A stretch of DNA of 63,548 nucleotides, counting the filler, from Octopus bimaculoides (lineage: Eukaryota), in assembly GCF_001194135.2 (NCBI RefSeq). It is 5 parts of 5 records of this genome, joined end to end, with 100 filler letters (N's around TTAATTAATTAA, not from the genome) between each part and the next. Parts side by side here need not be neighbours in the genome. Positions count along the whole stretch, not along the records: positions 1 to 27,883 come from NC_069001.1; 4 more parts are not named here. One strand, 5' to 3'. Shown here piece by piece: positions 12,565 through 25,074 of this stretch. Each line of letters opens with the position of its first letter. The first letter of the stretch is position 1. Both the position numbers and the translations under genes were made by a program. Under the pieces are notes generated by a model. That model searched no databases. It was not told the DNA's origin and saw only the letters and a list, made by a program, of their open reading frames with translations.

Positions 12565-13394
12565 CTGAGAAAGTAGAGAGCTGACAGAATCCTCAGTCCC
12601 TGGGACAAAATGCTTCCCGACATTCCTTTCGACTTTACGTTCCTAGTTCCCAGAGTGACATACAAAGTCTCTTGTGGTACTTTTGTTTTTGCGGTTATCT
12701 GCGTTCTGAGTTCAAGTCCAGAGATGGATCTTACCGTTTGGACTACTTACCAACTCAATCAAGGCTGACCTTGGGCTACACAACACCACCACCAACAACA
12801 ACAACGACAAACAAACAAACAAGCCCTCGAATACAACCACTACCTCCGACACCACCGCCATCACTATAAACAATAACAACATCAACTCTAAGATCAAAAG
12901 GACAGGCAACTGTAATAATAAACTTGTTATTTGAGAATCAGAACATGTCTGTATAAAAAACAAAAAAAAAACAAAAACAAAATTAACACAAAAATTATAT
13001 AAAAGTCCAACAACAACAACAACAACAAAAGCAACAACTAAAGGTTTGAAACGAAAATTCACAAAGCTACCATTTTGTATTTCAGAACAAAAAAAAAAAA
13101 AAAAAAAAAANNNNNNNNNNNNNNNNNNNNNNNNNNNNNNNNNNNNNNNNNNNNNNNNNNNNNNNNNNNNNNNNNNNNNNNNNNNNNNNNNNNNNNNNNN
13201 NNNNNNNNNNNNNNNNNNNNNNNNNNNNNNATTAGAGGAGGTCAGTGGGGGAGGATGAGACAGGCGTGGGTGATGAGGGCAGGGACGGTTAGATGATGGG
13301 GGTGGGGGTAGCGACGTCGGTAACGGGGGTGACTTTTTCATGAGTTGGATCTTCCATGTTGGTTCGCTCTTGAACTGGTTATTTACTGAAGCTC

Positions 13395-13431
13395 ATTGGT
13401 GTTGTTGTTGTGATGGTGGTGGTGGTGGTGA

Positions 13432-13468
<37 letters not shown>

Positions 13469-13754
13469 GGTGGTGGTAGTAGAAGTGGTGATGGTAAGGA
13501 TGGTAATAGTACAGGTGGTAGTTGTAGTAGTAGTAGTAGAAGCAACAGTAGCAAAGGTAGCATTAGCAGTGGTAATGGCGGTGGTAGTGGTAACAATAGT
13601 GGTGGTGTTACTGGTAGTAGTAATAGTGATAGTAGTAATAGTAGTAGTAATGGTAGTAGTGGTAGTAGTAGTAGTAGTGGTGGTAGCAGTGGCGATGGTA
13701 ATGGTGGTAGTAGTAGTACAGGTGGTGGTGGTGGTGGTGGTGGTAGTAATAGTA

Positions 13755-13790
<36 letters not shown>

Positions 13791-14115
13791 CAGTACTAGC
13801 AGTGGTGGTGGTGGTGATAATGGTGTTAGTAGCAGTAGTAGTAGTAGTAGTAGTAGTAGTAGCAATGGTGGTGGCGGTAATAATGATCGTGGTAGTAGAG
13901 GTAGTACTAGTGGTGGTGGTATTAGTAATAATAGTTGTAGTAGTAGTAGTTCTGGTTGTTGTTGTTGTGGTGGTGGTGGTGGTGGTGGCCGTTGTAATAG
14001 TTGTGGCAACTGCAGCAGCAGTAGAGCTAACAGTAGTAGTAGTGGTAGTTGTAGGAGTAGTATGAGGCGATGGTGGTGGTGTGGTGGTGGTGGTGGTGGT
14101 GGATTGTTACTGTTG
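13395..14115. repeat. (GGT/AGT/GTA)n compound trinucleotide microsatellite
   Basis: Seen directly; source of the poly-G/S/V ORFs. Confidence 0.9.
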
Positions 14116-14506
14116 CTGTTGTTTAGATGTATGCCGTATACTGTAGACAATGAAGTGCATCCGAGGCGTGGTTAATGCTAGTTGACAAAAATACATACAT
14201 ACATCATTTATGGTGGTAGTGATCTTGGTCGTGATGATGATGATGATGATGGTGATGGTGGTGATGATGATGATGATGTCATTTATGCGGTTATTCTGGT
14301 TGCAGCTGTTTTGATTCTGGCCGTTATACTAGCTGTTTATACACACATACATACTCACATATACGTTTATATATTCACATATTTGCATATATATATATAT
14401 TATTACAAATTAAAAGGGTAAAGTCTGTTGGAGTCTCAGCTTTTTTAGCTGCTATTTCTGAACTTCGGTATATGGTGAAGCAAATGTTTGCTGATCCCTT
14501 AATTAT

Positions 14507-14569
<63 letters not shown>

Positions 14570-14721
14570 TGTATGTGTGTATACATGTATACATATGTAT
14601 ATGTGTGTATATAAATATATGTATAAACACATATGCAAAAATATATTTATGTGCGTATGCAGTATAAGTGCACATATATATTCATACGTATGCATGCATG
14701 TATGTATGTGTGTGTAAATGT

Positions 14722-14797
14722 GTAAGTGTAAATTATAGCGCCACCTAACCAGACCGTGGGATGCATGCATTTTGGAGTGGTTATCTCCTCGTCAGCA
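14722..14797 (-). ncRNA. Second copy of the 2.6-kb hammerhead family, core G12-to-A, stem I 5' strand lost
   Basis: Reverse complement CTGACGA GGAG ATAACCA CTCC AAAA TGCATGCA TC CCACGGTCTGGTTAGGTGGCGCT aligns to 2639-2698. Confidence 0.65.
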
Positions 14798-15110
14798 GCA
14801 GAGACCGGTAGTGAAACAAGATCTTCATCCGCGTAAAACGATGTTGTGCGTATGGTGGGACTGGGAAGGGATCATCTATTACGAATTGCTTAAACGGAAC
14901 CAAACGGTCAACGCGGAACTCTATGTTCAACAGATGGAACGACTCAACACGGCTATTCAAGAGGAAAGACCTAATCGGCAGCATGGAGTTCTTCTGCTGC
15001 ACGACAACACCCGACCGCATATCACCAATATGACCAAGGAAGCCATTCAAACGCATGGTTGGGAAGTGCTGCCACGCTCGCCGTACTCTGATTTGGCACC
15101 AACGGATTTT
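14778..15110 (+). mobile_element. mariner (DD34D) transposase fragment, catalytic domain
   Basis: LHPRKTMLCVWWDWEGIIYYELL...LLHDNTRPH...PYSDLAPTDF; 33 residues between the last two Ds (one residue lost from YSPDLAP). Confidence 0.92.
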
Positions 15111-15438
15111 GTGAGAAGGGTGTCTGAACACCCAGCAAGACTAAAAACAAGACTTGTTTAAGGATGAAATTCCAGTTGGGGGAAGGTAAGGGAAAATCAT
15201 CCCAATATCTCCGCCAAAAAAAGACAATGAGAAAGTCAGATCGAAGTAACACTATGACTTCGTCCTATAGGAGAACTCACACTCAATCGAAAAACCTTTC
15301 GCTGTAATGTTATCAACGCTCTATAAATGCGTATGATATATGGCAGCGATTATCTAATCTGTTCTAATCGTATTTAAGACGTTAGCGTGAGATTTCAGCG
15401 AGATTTGGTTGGTATGTCCAGCAAATAGTGAGACTATG

Positions 15439-15662
15439 TACGAAGGGGCGATGAGAAGTTCTTGGCTTTAAAGTGTCGCGAAAAGACTGGTTGGAGACCC
15501 AATCTTCCGAGTTCTTTTACAGGGCTTAGAAAAACTGAAGGACTACTGCAAGTAAGTGTGTGAATCCGAGAGCGGAATATGTTGAATAAAATCACAATTA
15601 ACCGCTCCTCCTGTATTTTCTTTTGCCCAAAGCCCCTAACTTTTCATCACCCCACCCTCATA
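15439..15662 (+). mobile_element. Internally deleted mariner (MITE-like) with TA-flanked imperfect TIRs
   Basis: TA-CGAAGGGGCGATGAGAAGTTCTTGGCTTT vs reverse complement of AAAGCCCCTAACTTTTCATCACCCCACCCTCA-TA; internal GLEKLKD..SKCVNPRAEYVE* resembles a mariner C-terminus. Confidence 0.75.
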
Positions 15663-16942
15663 CATGCTTCCTTGTTGGATCGTTACTTTCCGAGAGGTTG
15701 TTATGAGATCCTTTTTGTTCGCATCCTTGTTGCTTCTTTTGAAGTTAGTGTTGCTAATGTACCGTTATTGTAATTGTTGTGATTTTTGTCCTTTTTTTTT
15801 TATAAAAATTTTGAATTTTCCGTCGCAGTCGTTGCTAACCGTTGTTAATTCTGCTTTTACTGATGCGATTTTGTGTTGGCCGCTTTTGTTGTCGTCATTT
15901 CCATTGTAGTTTATCTCTTGTTGCAGTTACAATCATTGATGGTTCTTATTGTCGTCGGTGCAGTGGTGGCCATTGCTGCTATTCTAGTCAGTGTTGTTGT
16001 TGTTGCTATTGTAGTCATAACGGTCATTGCCAATGTAATTGGTGTTGTTACTGTTGCAGTTTACCATTACCGTTGTTGTTGTCGCTGCAGTGATGGCGAC
16101 GGGGATGTTGGTAGTGATGGCCACGGCCACCATATTTATTGTCACCGTTTGATGATGTTGATGTTGTCATTGTTGTTTTTATATATTTTTTTTATTGTTC
16201 TTGTTGTTGTTTACACCCCGTTTCCGGGAGTTTTGCAACTCGGTTATTATTTCTGACACTACATGAAAATGTCATTATTTATGGGATGTTGTTATAATCA
16301 CAGCAGTCAGCCGGCCAGCCAGCCAGCCAGCCAGACGGACGGACAGACAGACAGTCAGCCAGCCAGTTATGCATGACTACTTGTTATGGTTGTTGTTCTT
16401 GTTGTTGTTCTCTTTTTGTTTTCCTCGTTCTTGTTTCTGTTGTTTCTGCTGGATCGAACGAGAGTTGTTACGAGTTTCGCTTTATCGTTAATTATAATAA
16501 TAATAATAATAATTATTATTATTATTACTATCATCATCATCATCATCGCCATTATCATCGTCAACATTATTCGTATTAGTAGTAGTAACAGCAGCAGCAG
16601 CAGTAGTAGTAGTAGTAGTAGTAGTAACAGTCGTAGTTGTAATAGTAGTATCATCATGATAATCATTATCGTTATGGTTGTTGTTGTTGTTGTTGTGGTT
16701 GTGGTGATGGTTGCTGTTATTGTTCTTGTTAGCAATATTTTTCCTGTTATATATTTTTCTTCTTCCTCAAAAACCAATATTTACATGTCTTTTATACGCA
16801 TCCATTATTATTATTATTACTACTACTATTTCTATTTTTTTAATGGCATTTGGCTGATGGTCACGAGTTACTGATCCGTTCACACCCTACTTGCCCGCCT
16901 CAACCTCCTCCACACTATTCTTCTTCCTCGCCCTCCTCCCAC

Positions 16943-16983
<41 letters not shown>

Positions 16984-17552
16984 CCTCTCTCTACTCTACT
17001 CTTCATTCAAAAGTATGTACTTTGAAAAATTACCTCATTTTTACACGAATAGGAATAAAAGAAATATCCAGAAAATAACAACGATGATAAAAACAAAATA
17101 AAAAAAAACAATGATGATAAAAACAAAATAAAAAAAACAATGATGATAATTTATTTCATTCGCCACAATGGCATAATAAGGGGGTACATCACAAGGACAG
17201 TCTGGGGGGGGGGCGGTTATATAAATGATGAGGGGCAAGAAAAAAGAAAAGACGATGAAAGGCGATAAAAAGTACTCAGAGTATACAAAGCATGTGAACA
17301 CATCAATGATGTGGTACTCTTGATCCGGGAGAAACTTCAACTAGGGGAAATAAAGAAACCCCACAGACCCAGGAGTACCCAGTCTACGAAAGGCAGTTGT
17401 TGATCTTCAACCTACAGGTGCATGAGAGTAACCCTTTCAAATTCTCGTCAACGGTCCCGAATAACAATAATGTACGTATGTATATGTATGCATATATGCA
17501 TTTGTGTGTGTGTGTGCATCAATGTACATTTTTGTATTCATGCATATGTGTA

Positions 17553-17670
17553 TAATTGGTTTCAAATTTTGGCACAAAGCAAGCAATTTCGACCCCAGTG
17601 CACAACTGGTATTTATTTTATCGACTACGAAAGGATGATAGGCAAAGTGGACCTCAGCGGAATTTGAACC
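17553..17670 (-). mobile_element. SINE family A fragment
   Basis: Reverse complement of the family A core. Confidence 0.75.
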
Positions 17671-17704
17671 CTCGACCACTTGTATAATTGTTAATAATAT
17701 TATA

Positions 17705-17850
17705 CTTTAATCTCAAGACATTTGGTTAGCGAAGTATCTTTCTAGGTGTCTGAATGTATAAAGATGTTGGTAGAATCTTCATTTAAAAGGGTTTTCAATG
17801 AGCCCTATAACTTGTTCTTTCACTGTTACCTGCAAGAGAAACCTCAACCC
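17705..17850 (-). mobile_element. Penelope-like GIY-YIG endonuclease fragment
   Basis: VTVKEQV.IGLIENPFK*RFYQHLYTFRH resembles the YIG..ENPFK.R...H motif; degraded. Confidence 0.5.
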
Positions 17851-17988
17851 GGTAAGCAAATGGTTTTTAAAAATGCATACCAGTGAGAAAGCGAATATTA
17901 AGGTTGGGGCAGTTACGTAGGTATATACTTGTATGTATTATTTGTATGTAAATATGCATACGTATATACGTGTATGTGCGCTTGTGTA

Positions 17989-18027
<39 letters not shown>

Positions 18028-18083
18028 CATACATACATGTCTGTATCTATGTATATGTGTGTGTGTATATATATGTGTGTGTA

Positions 18084-18168
<85 letters not shown>

Positions 18169-18820
18169 GTGTTTTGTGTGTGTGTGCGCTCGCGCGAACA
18201 TACTTAATATGCCCGTGTGTTACACAACGACCAAATAACATTGTCAAAGTATGTTTTTGTTTTTTACCGTCGGTCTCATGTACTTCATCTAGTCTCCCTC
18301 TCTTCTTCTTCTTCCTCCTCTCCCACCCAAAAACCAATCATCGTGCTCCTCTCTCTCTCTCTCCTCTCCTCTCCCCCGACCCTCCCTTCAGTTAGGTCTT
18401 GAAAATTTAATGATATTTATACTGAAGCCTAATGGATTCTCCACAGAGCCGAAACCCTATTTGCAAATTAGGTAAGTAAATGAATAAATAAATAAATAAA
18501 TTGCATAACACGATGCAATGGTGGTGGTGGCGGCGGTGGTGGTGGTAGGAGTGCTATGTTGTTGGTGTTATTGTTGTTGTTGTAGTTGTTATTGTTGGTG
18601 GTGGTGCTGTTGAGCAGTGAACTAGTATTGTTTACTGATTTCACTGAGACCTAGGGTGTATTGTTCACACGTGACTATATATGGTTAACACACACACATA
18701 CACATATGTATATACACGCATAAATATATCTACACATACACACACTCGCGTGCGCGCACACACGCTCTTTAACACACGCGTGCGGATACACACGGAATAA
18801 AAGTGACATACATATATGTT

Positions 18821-18853
<33 letters not shown>

Positions 18854-19008
18854 AAGCATATATGTATGTACGTATGTATGTATAAATAGACATACATACA
18901 TACAGACAGACAGACTGATAGAAAGATGAATGACAGACAGACAGAGGGACGGACAGATGGATGGGTAGATGGACGGACAGACAGATAAATAGATAGATAG
19001 ATAGGCAG

Positions 19009-19067
<59 letters not shown>

Positions 19068-19111
19068 CAAATAATAGATAGATAGATAGATAGATAAGAT
19101 ATGTGTGTCTA

Positions 19112-19408
19112 TGCAACCCATTGCCTCGTCGCCGTAAGTTTGCCGAAACATGTTCAATGTCTCTGTAGCAGACTTCCCAAGTTTAACGCAAAGTTTCGCG
19201 TTGGCTCTTTGTTCCTGTCCATGACAAAAATCGCAGACTACAGACCATACGTGATCGCAAAAATAGAAATTCCACAACTTGCGCAGCAAACGCAACGATG
19301 TCCCTCGGCACACTGTCTCATGAAGGTCTCACTGTGCACGCAGCTGTGTGCTGCCATCTGTTGGCGCGCTACGCAACTAGTCCGGGAACTCTTTGATACC
19401 ACCTCGTA
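19112..19408 (-). mobile_element. mariner 5' end: TIR plus HTH region
   Basis: TA-CGAGGTGGTATCAAAGAGTTCCCGGACT TIR; EQRANAKLCVKLGKSATETLNMFRQTYGDEAMG. Confidence 0.88.
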
Positions 19409-20245
19409 TGACAACGTCATCACTACATTGCGATGCAATTACTCCTACACCTTCACCAGCACCACCACCATCACCACAACCATCACCTCCAACACCAACA
19501 CCACCATCACTAACATTACCATCACCAGCACTACCACTAACACCTCCACCACCGCCAACGCCAACGCCATCACCACCAGCACTGCCATTACCACCACAAC
19601 TACCACTACCAGCACTACCACCATCATCAGCTTAATTACCACCCGACCATCCACAACACGACCACCACCACCATCTTCAACACAACCACCCAGAAACCAA
19701 CTACCACCACNNNNNNNNNNNNNNNNNNNNNNNNNNNNNNNNNNNNNNNNNNNNNNNNNNNNNNNNNNNNNNNNNNNNNNNNNNNNNNNNNNNNNNNNNN
19801 NNNNNNNNNNGTGTGTGTTCGGGGTCAGACTTCACATTAAATTTGGTAGTGGGGCCTTGCTTCGAGACTTCCAGGGTTTTCAAGAGTGTTGAACGAACTC
19901 TTACTTACTGTTGTTCACAACGCCTCTTCATAAGTTCCTGCTATATGTCAATGCTTATTTCAGACTTTTGATTAAGCCCATGTTTCATACGTTCTAAGAA
20001 ATACAAATCTTTTCTAAATCCCAATTTATACTAGAAGTTGAAAAAAGAATGGAGAACGCGCATCATATAGAATGCATGGATTCTTGGGGAGTATGTCCTG
20101 TATTACATGTGATACACTGGAATGGCAAAAGACATATTTGACCTTCGACTGACCAAAGCATTTTCATAAGTCTGTCCTTAATGTCTATGTTTGTTTTCAG
20201 GCTTTACATTTGATGGATATTTGTCCTCATCTTGTTTGTTGTCAT

Positions 20246-20288
20246 CACAACGTTTCAGCTCATATACCCTCCAGCCTTCATCAGGTGT
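20246..20288 (-). ncRNA. Minimal type I hammerhead motif (Penelope-type), near intact
   Basis: Reverse complement ACAC CTGATGA A GGCTG GAGGGTATAT GAGCT GAAA CGT T GTG: core intact, stem II with terminal G-U plus 3 WC pairs, palindromic ACGU stem III, stem I CAC/GUG. Confidence 0.55.
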
Positions 20289-20495
20289 CTTGGGGAAATT
20301 TCGAACCTGGGTTCTCATTCCTAATAGTGGTGGTAGAGCTGGTAACGATAGTGTTATTGTTGTTGTTGTTAATTATGGTGGCGGTGGTTATAAAGTATGA
20401 GGTCCATCGTTTTAAACAGTAAAATCAGATCTCTACTCTCTTTTATCATACATCCCCCTTCTCTCTACCCTCTTTCAAATTTACCTCATTTTTAA

Positions 20496-20547
<52 letters not shown>

Positions 20548-21244
20548 TATACCTCTCCCTCGTTTCTAAACTCTCTTGCCCCATCGATACACCCTTCTCT
20601 CTTTCTCTCTCTCTCNNNNNNNNNNNNNNNNNNNNNNNNNNNNNNNNNNNNNNNNNNNNNNNNNNNNNNNNNNNNNNNNNNNNNNNNNNNNNNNNNNNNN
20701 NNNNNNNNNNNNNNNNNNNNNNNNNNNNNNNNNNNNNNNNNNNNNNNNNNNNNNNNNNNNNNNNNNNNNNNNNNNNNNNNNNNNNNNNNNNNNNNNNNNN
20801 NNNNNNNNNNNNNNNNNNNNNNNNNNNNNNNNNNNNNNNNNNNNNNNNNNNNNNNNNNNNNNNNNNNNNNNNNNNNNNNNNNNNNNNNNNNNNNNNNNNN
20901 NNNNNNNNNNNNNNNNNNNNNNNNNNNNNNNNNNNNNNNNNNNNNNNNNNNNNNNNNNNNNNNNNNNNNNNNNNNNNNNNNNNNNNNNNNNNNNNNNNNN
21001 NNNNNNNNNNNNNNNNNNNNNNNNNNNNNNNNNNNNNNNNNNNNNNNNNNNNNNNNNNNNNNNNNNNNNNNNNNNNNNNNNNNNNNNNNNNNNNNNNNNN
21101 NNNNNNNNNNNNNNNNNNNNNNNNNNNNNNNNNNNNNNNNNNNNNNNNNNNNNNNNNNNNNNNNNNNNNNNNNNNNNNNNNNNNNNNNNNNNNNNATATA
21201 TTCAACAAAGAATTTATAGAATTTAGATTAAAATACCTTTTGTC

Positions 21245-21445
21245 TTTTATTTCTTTCGATCATTGGACTGCGGCCATGCTGGAGTACAACCCTGAAGGGT
21301 TTGGGGCGAACAAATCAACTCCAGTATTTATCTTATTTTGAAATCTGATCCTTATTATATCGGTCTTTTTTGCCAGATCGCTAGGTTACGAGGACGTAAA
21401 CAATCCAGCACCGGTTGTCAAGCAGTGGCTGAAGACAAGCACAAT
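21245..21445 (-). mobile_element. SINE family B, 3' part
   Basis: Reverse complement of the family B tail (CAGCATGGCCGCAGTC). Confidence 0.75.
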
Positions 21446-21493
21446 CACAAAGACAACGCACACATGGCTACATTCATACATAAATACATACAT

Positions 21494-21895
21494 AGGTGCA
21501 AGCGTGGTTGTGTGGTAAGAAGCTTGCTTCCCAACCACATGGTTCCGGGTTCAGTACAACTGTGTGGCATCTTGGGCAAGTGTCTTCTACTATAGCCTCG
21601 GACCAACCAAGGCCTTGTGAGTAGATTTGGTAGACAGAAACTAAAAGAAGCCCGTCGTATTTATATATGTACATATCTACGTGTGTGTATTTTTGTCTGT
21701 TTGTCCCCCTACCATCGTTTGACAACCGATGTTGGTGTGTTTACGTCCCCGTAACTTAACGGTTCGGCAAAGAGACCGATAGAATAAGTACTAGGCTTAC
21801 AAAGAATAAACGCTGGGGTTGATTTCTTCGAGTAAAACCCTTCAAGGCGGTGCCCCAGCATGGCCGCAGTCGAATGACTGAAGCAAGTAAAAGAT
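21494..21895 (+). mobile_element. tRNA-derived SINE family B, full length with internal TA/GT microsatellite
   Basis: GTGTGGTAAGAAGCTTGCTTCCCAACCACATGGTTCCGGGTTCAGT head, GAAAGAAGCCCGTCGTAT-(TA)n-, tail ..AAGTAAAAGA. Confidence 0.88.
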
Positions 21896-22414
21896 ACCCC
21901 CCCATATATATATATATATATATATATANNNNNNNNNNTAGTAGGAGGAGGAGGAGATCCTTGGGGCTAATAAGGAAATCTAATAAAGCAATCATCACTA
22001 CTGTTATCATCGCCACCATCATCAACAAAATAATCTGAAATGTTTTTTTAAAAAAAAAAACATGATTTTCAGGTGGGCTTTTTTTTTTCTACAAACATTT
22101 CCTGTTCTCAATCATTATCATTAACGTTGTCGTCGTCATCATCATCATCAATATCACCAACATCATCACCACCACTACTACCGTCATCCTCATCACCATC
22201 GATTTCGTCATCAGAAACTATCACCACCTTCACCAACATCACAAATGTCACCACCACTAGTATTCTCCTCCTGCTCCTCTTCTGCCTTATCATCATCATC
22301 ATGGTCATCATTATCATCATCATCTATCTATCTATTTTAAATGTATTAGAAACACGATTTTCAGGTGGGCTTTTCTTCTCCAAACATTTCCTCTACTCCA
22401 TCTGTTTTATTTCT

Positions 22415-22457
<43 letters not shown>

Positions 22458-22459
22458 AG

Positions 22460-22494
<35 letters not shown>

Positions 22495-22507
22495 AAGNNN
22501 NNNNNNN

Positions 22508-22568
<61 letters not shown>

Positions 22569-23345
22569 GACACAGACTGACAGACAGGCATAAACGTAAG
22601 GGGGAACTCCTCGCTAAAACAGTTGCATCACTTAAGACACGGTGAACATTTGTTGTTGATTCACCAGGATCACTAATAACTCTCATAGTTTACATAACTC
22701 GGATGCGTTAACTCTTTTATTTAGACCTCCTCCAATACAGCTTCATACACACCTTAACAAACCTTATCAAACGTTATCAAGCTGGTGAGAGCTTTTCACT
22801 AAATCTCTAAATATGTGTAGACATTCAGTGTGCTGTATAGAAGGATAGAGTTTGTAAACATCGAACACTAGAAAATAACATTGGCAATAATAAAGATAAT
22901 AAAATTAATCTTAATATTTCGAGTAAAATAACACTTTTGGAAAGTGTGAAAAGGGTCTATTTGACCCGAAATATCAGAATTGAATATTTTTAAAGGTAAC
23001 ATTTCAATGTCTTTGTTTTTGTTAATACTGATATTAATGCTCGATTTTTATTGGGATTTTTTCTCGTACAACGCAATATTTTCGTCTTCGCACATATTCC
23101 ACAGCCATTCCAGAAAATTCAAACGCTCTTCTCTCTAAATTTATCGTTAAATTATCCAGGCATAACTCTGTGGTTAAGAGAGTCGTTTTATCACTACGTG
23201 ATATTTGATTCGATCTCACTTCACAGTACCTTGGATATGAGTCTGTCGTGTATTGAACTCATAAACAATATATAACGAATGCTGTACATTTGTTTAAACA
23301 ACTAAAAAAAAATCGCCAGTCACATCGCATCCACGAGTTTTATAC

Positions 23346-23378
<33 letters not shown>

Positions 23379-24063
23379 ATAATAATATTAGGGACAAAAT
23401 CCAAAATTACAGGTAAAAACTCAATTAAAATCAATTTATAAAAAATTAAATTGAGCTTTATAGATAAAATATATATAAAATATATAGTTTTAGGGAAAAT
23501 AACCAAGTTTCAAGANNNNNNNNNNNNNNNNNNNNNNNNNNNNNNNNNNNNNNNNNNNNNNNNNNNNNNNNNNNNNNNNNNNNNNNNNNNNNNNNNNNNN
23601 NNNNNNNNNNNNNNNNNNNNNNNNNNNNNNNNNNNNNNNNNNNNNNNNNNNNNNNNNNNNNNNNNNNNNNNNNNNNNNNNNNNNNNNNNNNNNNNNNNNN
23701 NNNNNNNNNNNNNNNNNNNNNNNNNNNNNNNNNNNNNNNNNNNNNNNNNNNNNNNNNNNNNNNNNNNNNNNNNNNNNNNNNNNNNNNNNNNNNNNNNNNN
23801 NNNNNNNNNNNNNNNNNNNNNNNNNNNNNNNNNNNNNNNNNNNNNNNNNNNNNNNNNNNNNNNNNNNNNNNNNNNNNNNNNNNNNNNNNNNNNNNNNNNN
23901 NNNNNNNNNNNNNNNNNNNNNNNNNNNNNNNNNNNNNNNNNNNNNNNNNNNNNNNNNNNNNNNNNNNNNNNNNNNNNNNNNNNNNNNNNNNNNNNNNNNN
24001 NNNNNNNNNNNNNNNNNNNNNNNNNNNNNNNNNNNNNNNNNNNNNNNNNNNNNNNNNNNNNNN

Positions 24064-24110
<47 letters not shown>

Positions 24111-25074
24111 GATATGCATACATACATATACAGGTATATAATAATACACACACACACATATACTGGCAGATAGATAGATAAATAGATAGATAGAGACATG
24201 CGCGAGTTTCTGGAAGTCTTATTGCACTTAAATCCAGGTTTGCATGTTTAACTAATCTCTTATTCTCTCCCTTCACTTCACTGCACTCACTTTACTTACT
24301 ACAAATACTTTCACACACGCACGCACACAACACACTTACACGCACGCAGGTACACAACACATGTACACGCACGCGCGCACACTCAAACACACACACACAC
24401 ACACACACACACATTCATATGCATACGTACATACTTCCCTCTCTCTTCTCTTCCGTTTTTTTCTTTGTTTTTTTTTTATTCCCATTCCACATATTTCATA
24501 CAATCTTCATCCCGGTAACCATTCGCACACGCACACACAAACACACACACATGCATTCATACATATATGTACACTCCCACACACACATGTACTCGCACCC
24601 ACTGATACGCATACGCACCCACACACTTTCTCTCTAACGCACACACATACTAATACACACAAACTCACTCATACACATACATATAACCGAGCACACTCAC
24701 ACATACGCACACACACTCATACGCACAAACACACATTCATACACACACGTACACACTTTCTCACTCTCATACACAATCTCAGTTTGTCTCGCCATTCTTC
24801 AAATACTCGCACCACCGCTATAACAACAGCAACAACATCAGCTACAACTACTAGAATTACCTCAATCGTCATCACAGCCATGATCTCCACCACCTACAAC
24901 ACAAACCCTACCAAGTCTACCCTACCACCCCATTTCCACTATCAGCAACAGTACATCTATAACCAACAATGTCACCACCACCATCCTTAACACCAGCACC
25001 GCTGTCGATGCCACCACCACAACCAACACCACCATAACCGCCACCACAATCACCACCAGCCTAGTGCTTATTTT

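Noticed and set aside
13340-14065. 241-aa Gly/Ser then poly-Val ORF resembling a structural or signal protein
   Set aside because: Entirely (GGT/AGT/GTA)n compound microsatellite, open in several frames; no splice or domain support.
17837-17851. 15-nt neural-type microexon (TGC-AAG|...|GTAAGC)
   Set aside because: Overlaps the antisense strand of a Penelope GIY-YIG relic; weak AAG acceptor; likely chance.
18392-18471. Plus-strand 80-nt exon [15 protein letters not shown]...
   Set aside because: The acceptor strength comes from a (CT)n microsatellite; no phase-compatible neighbour or homology.
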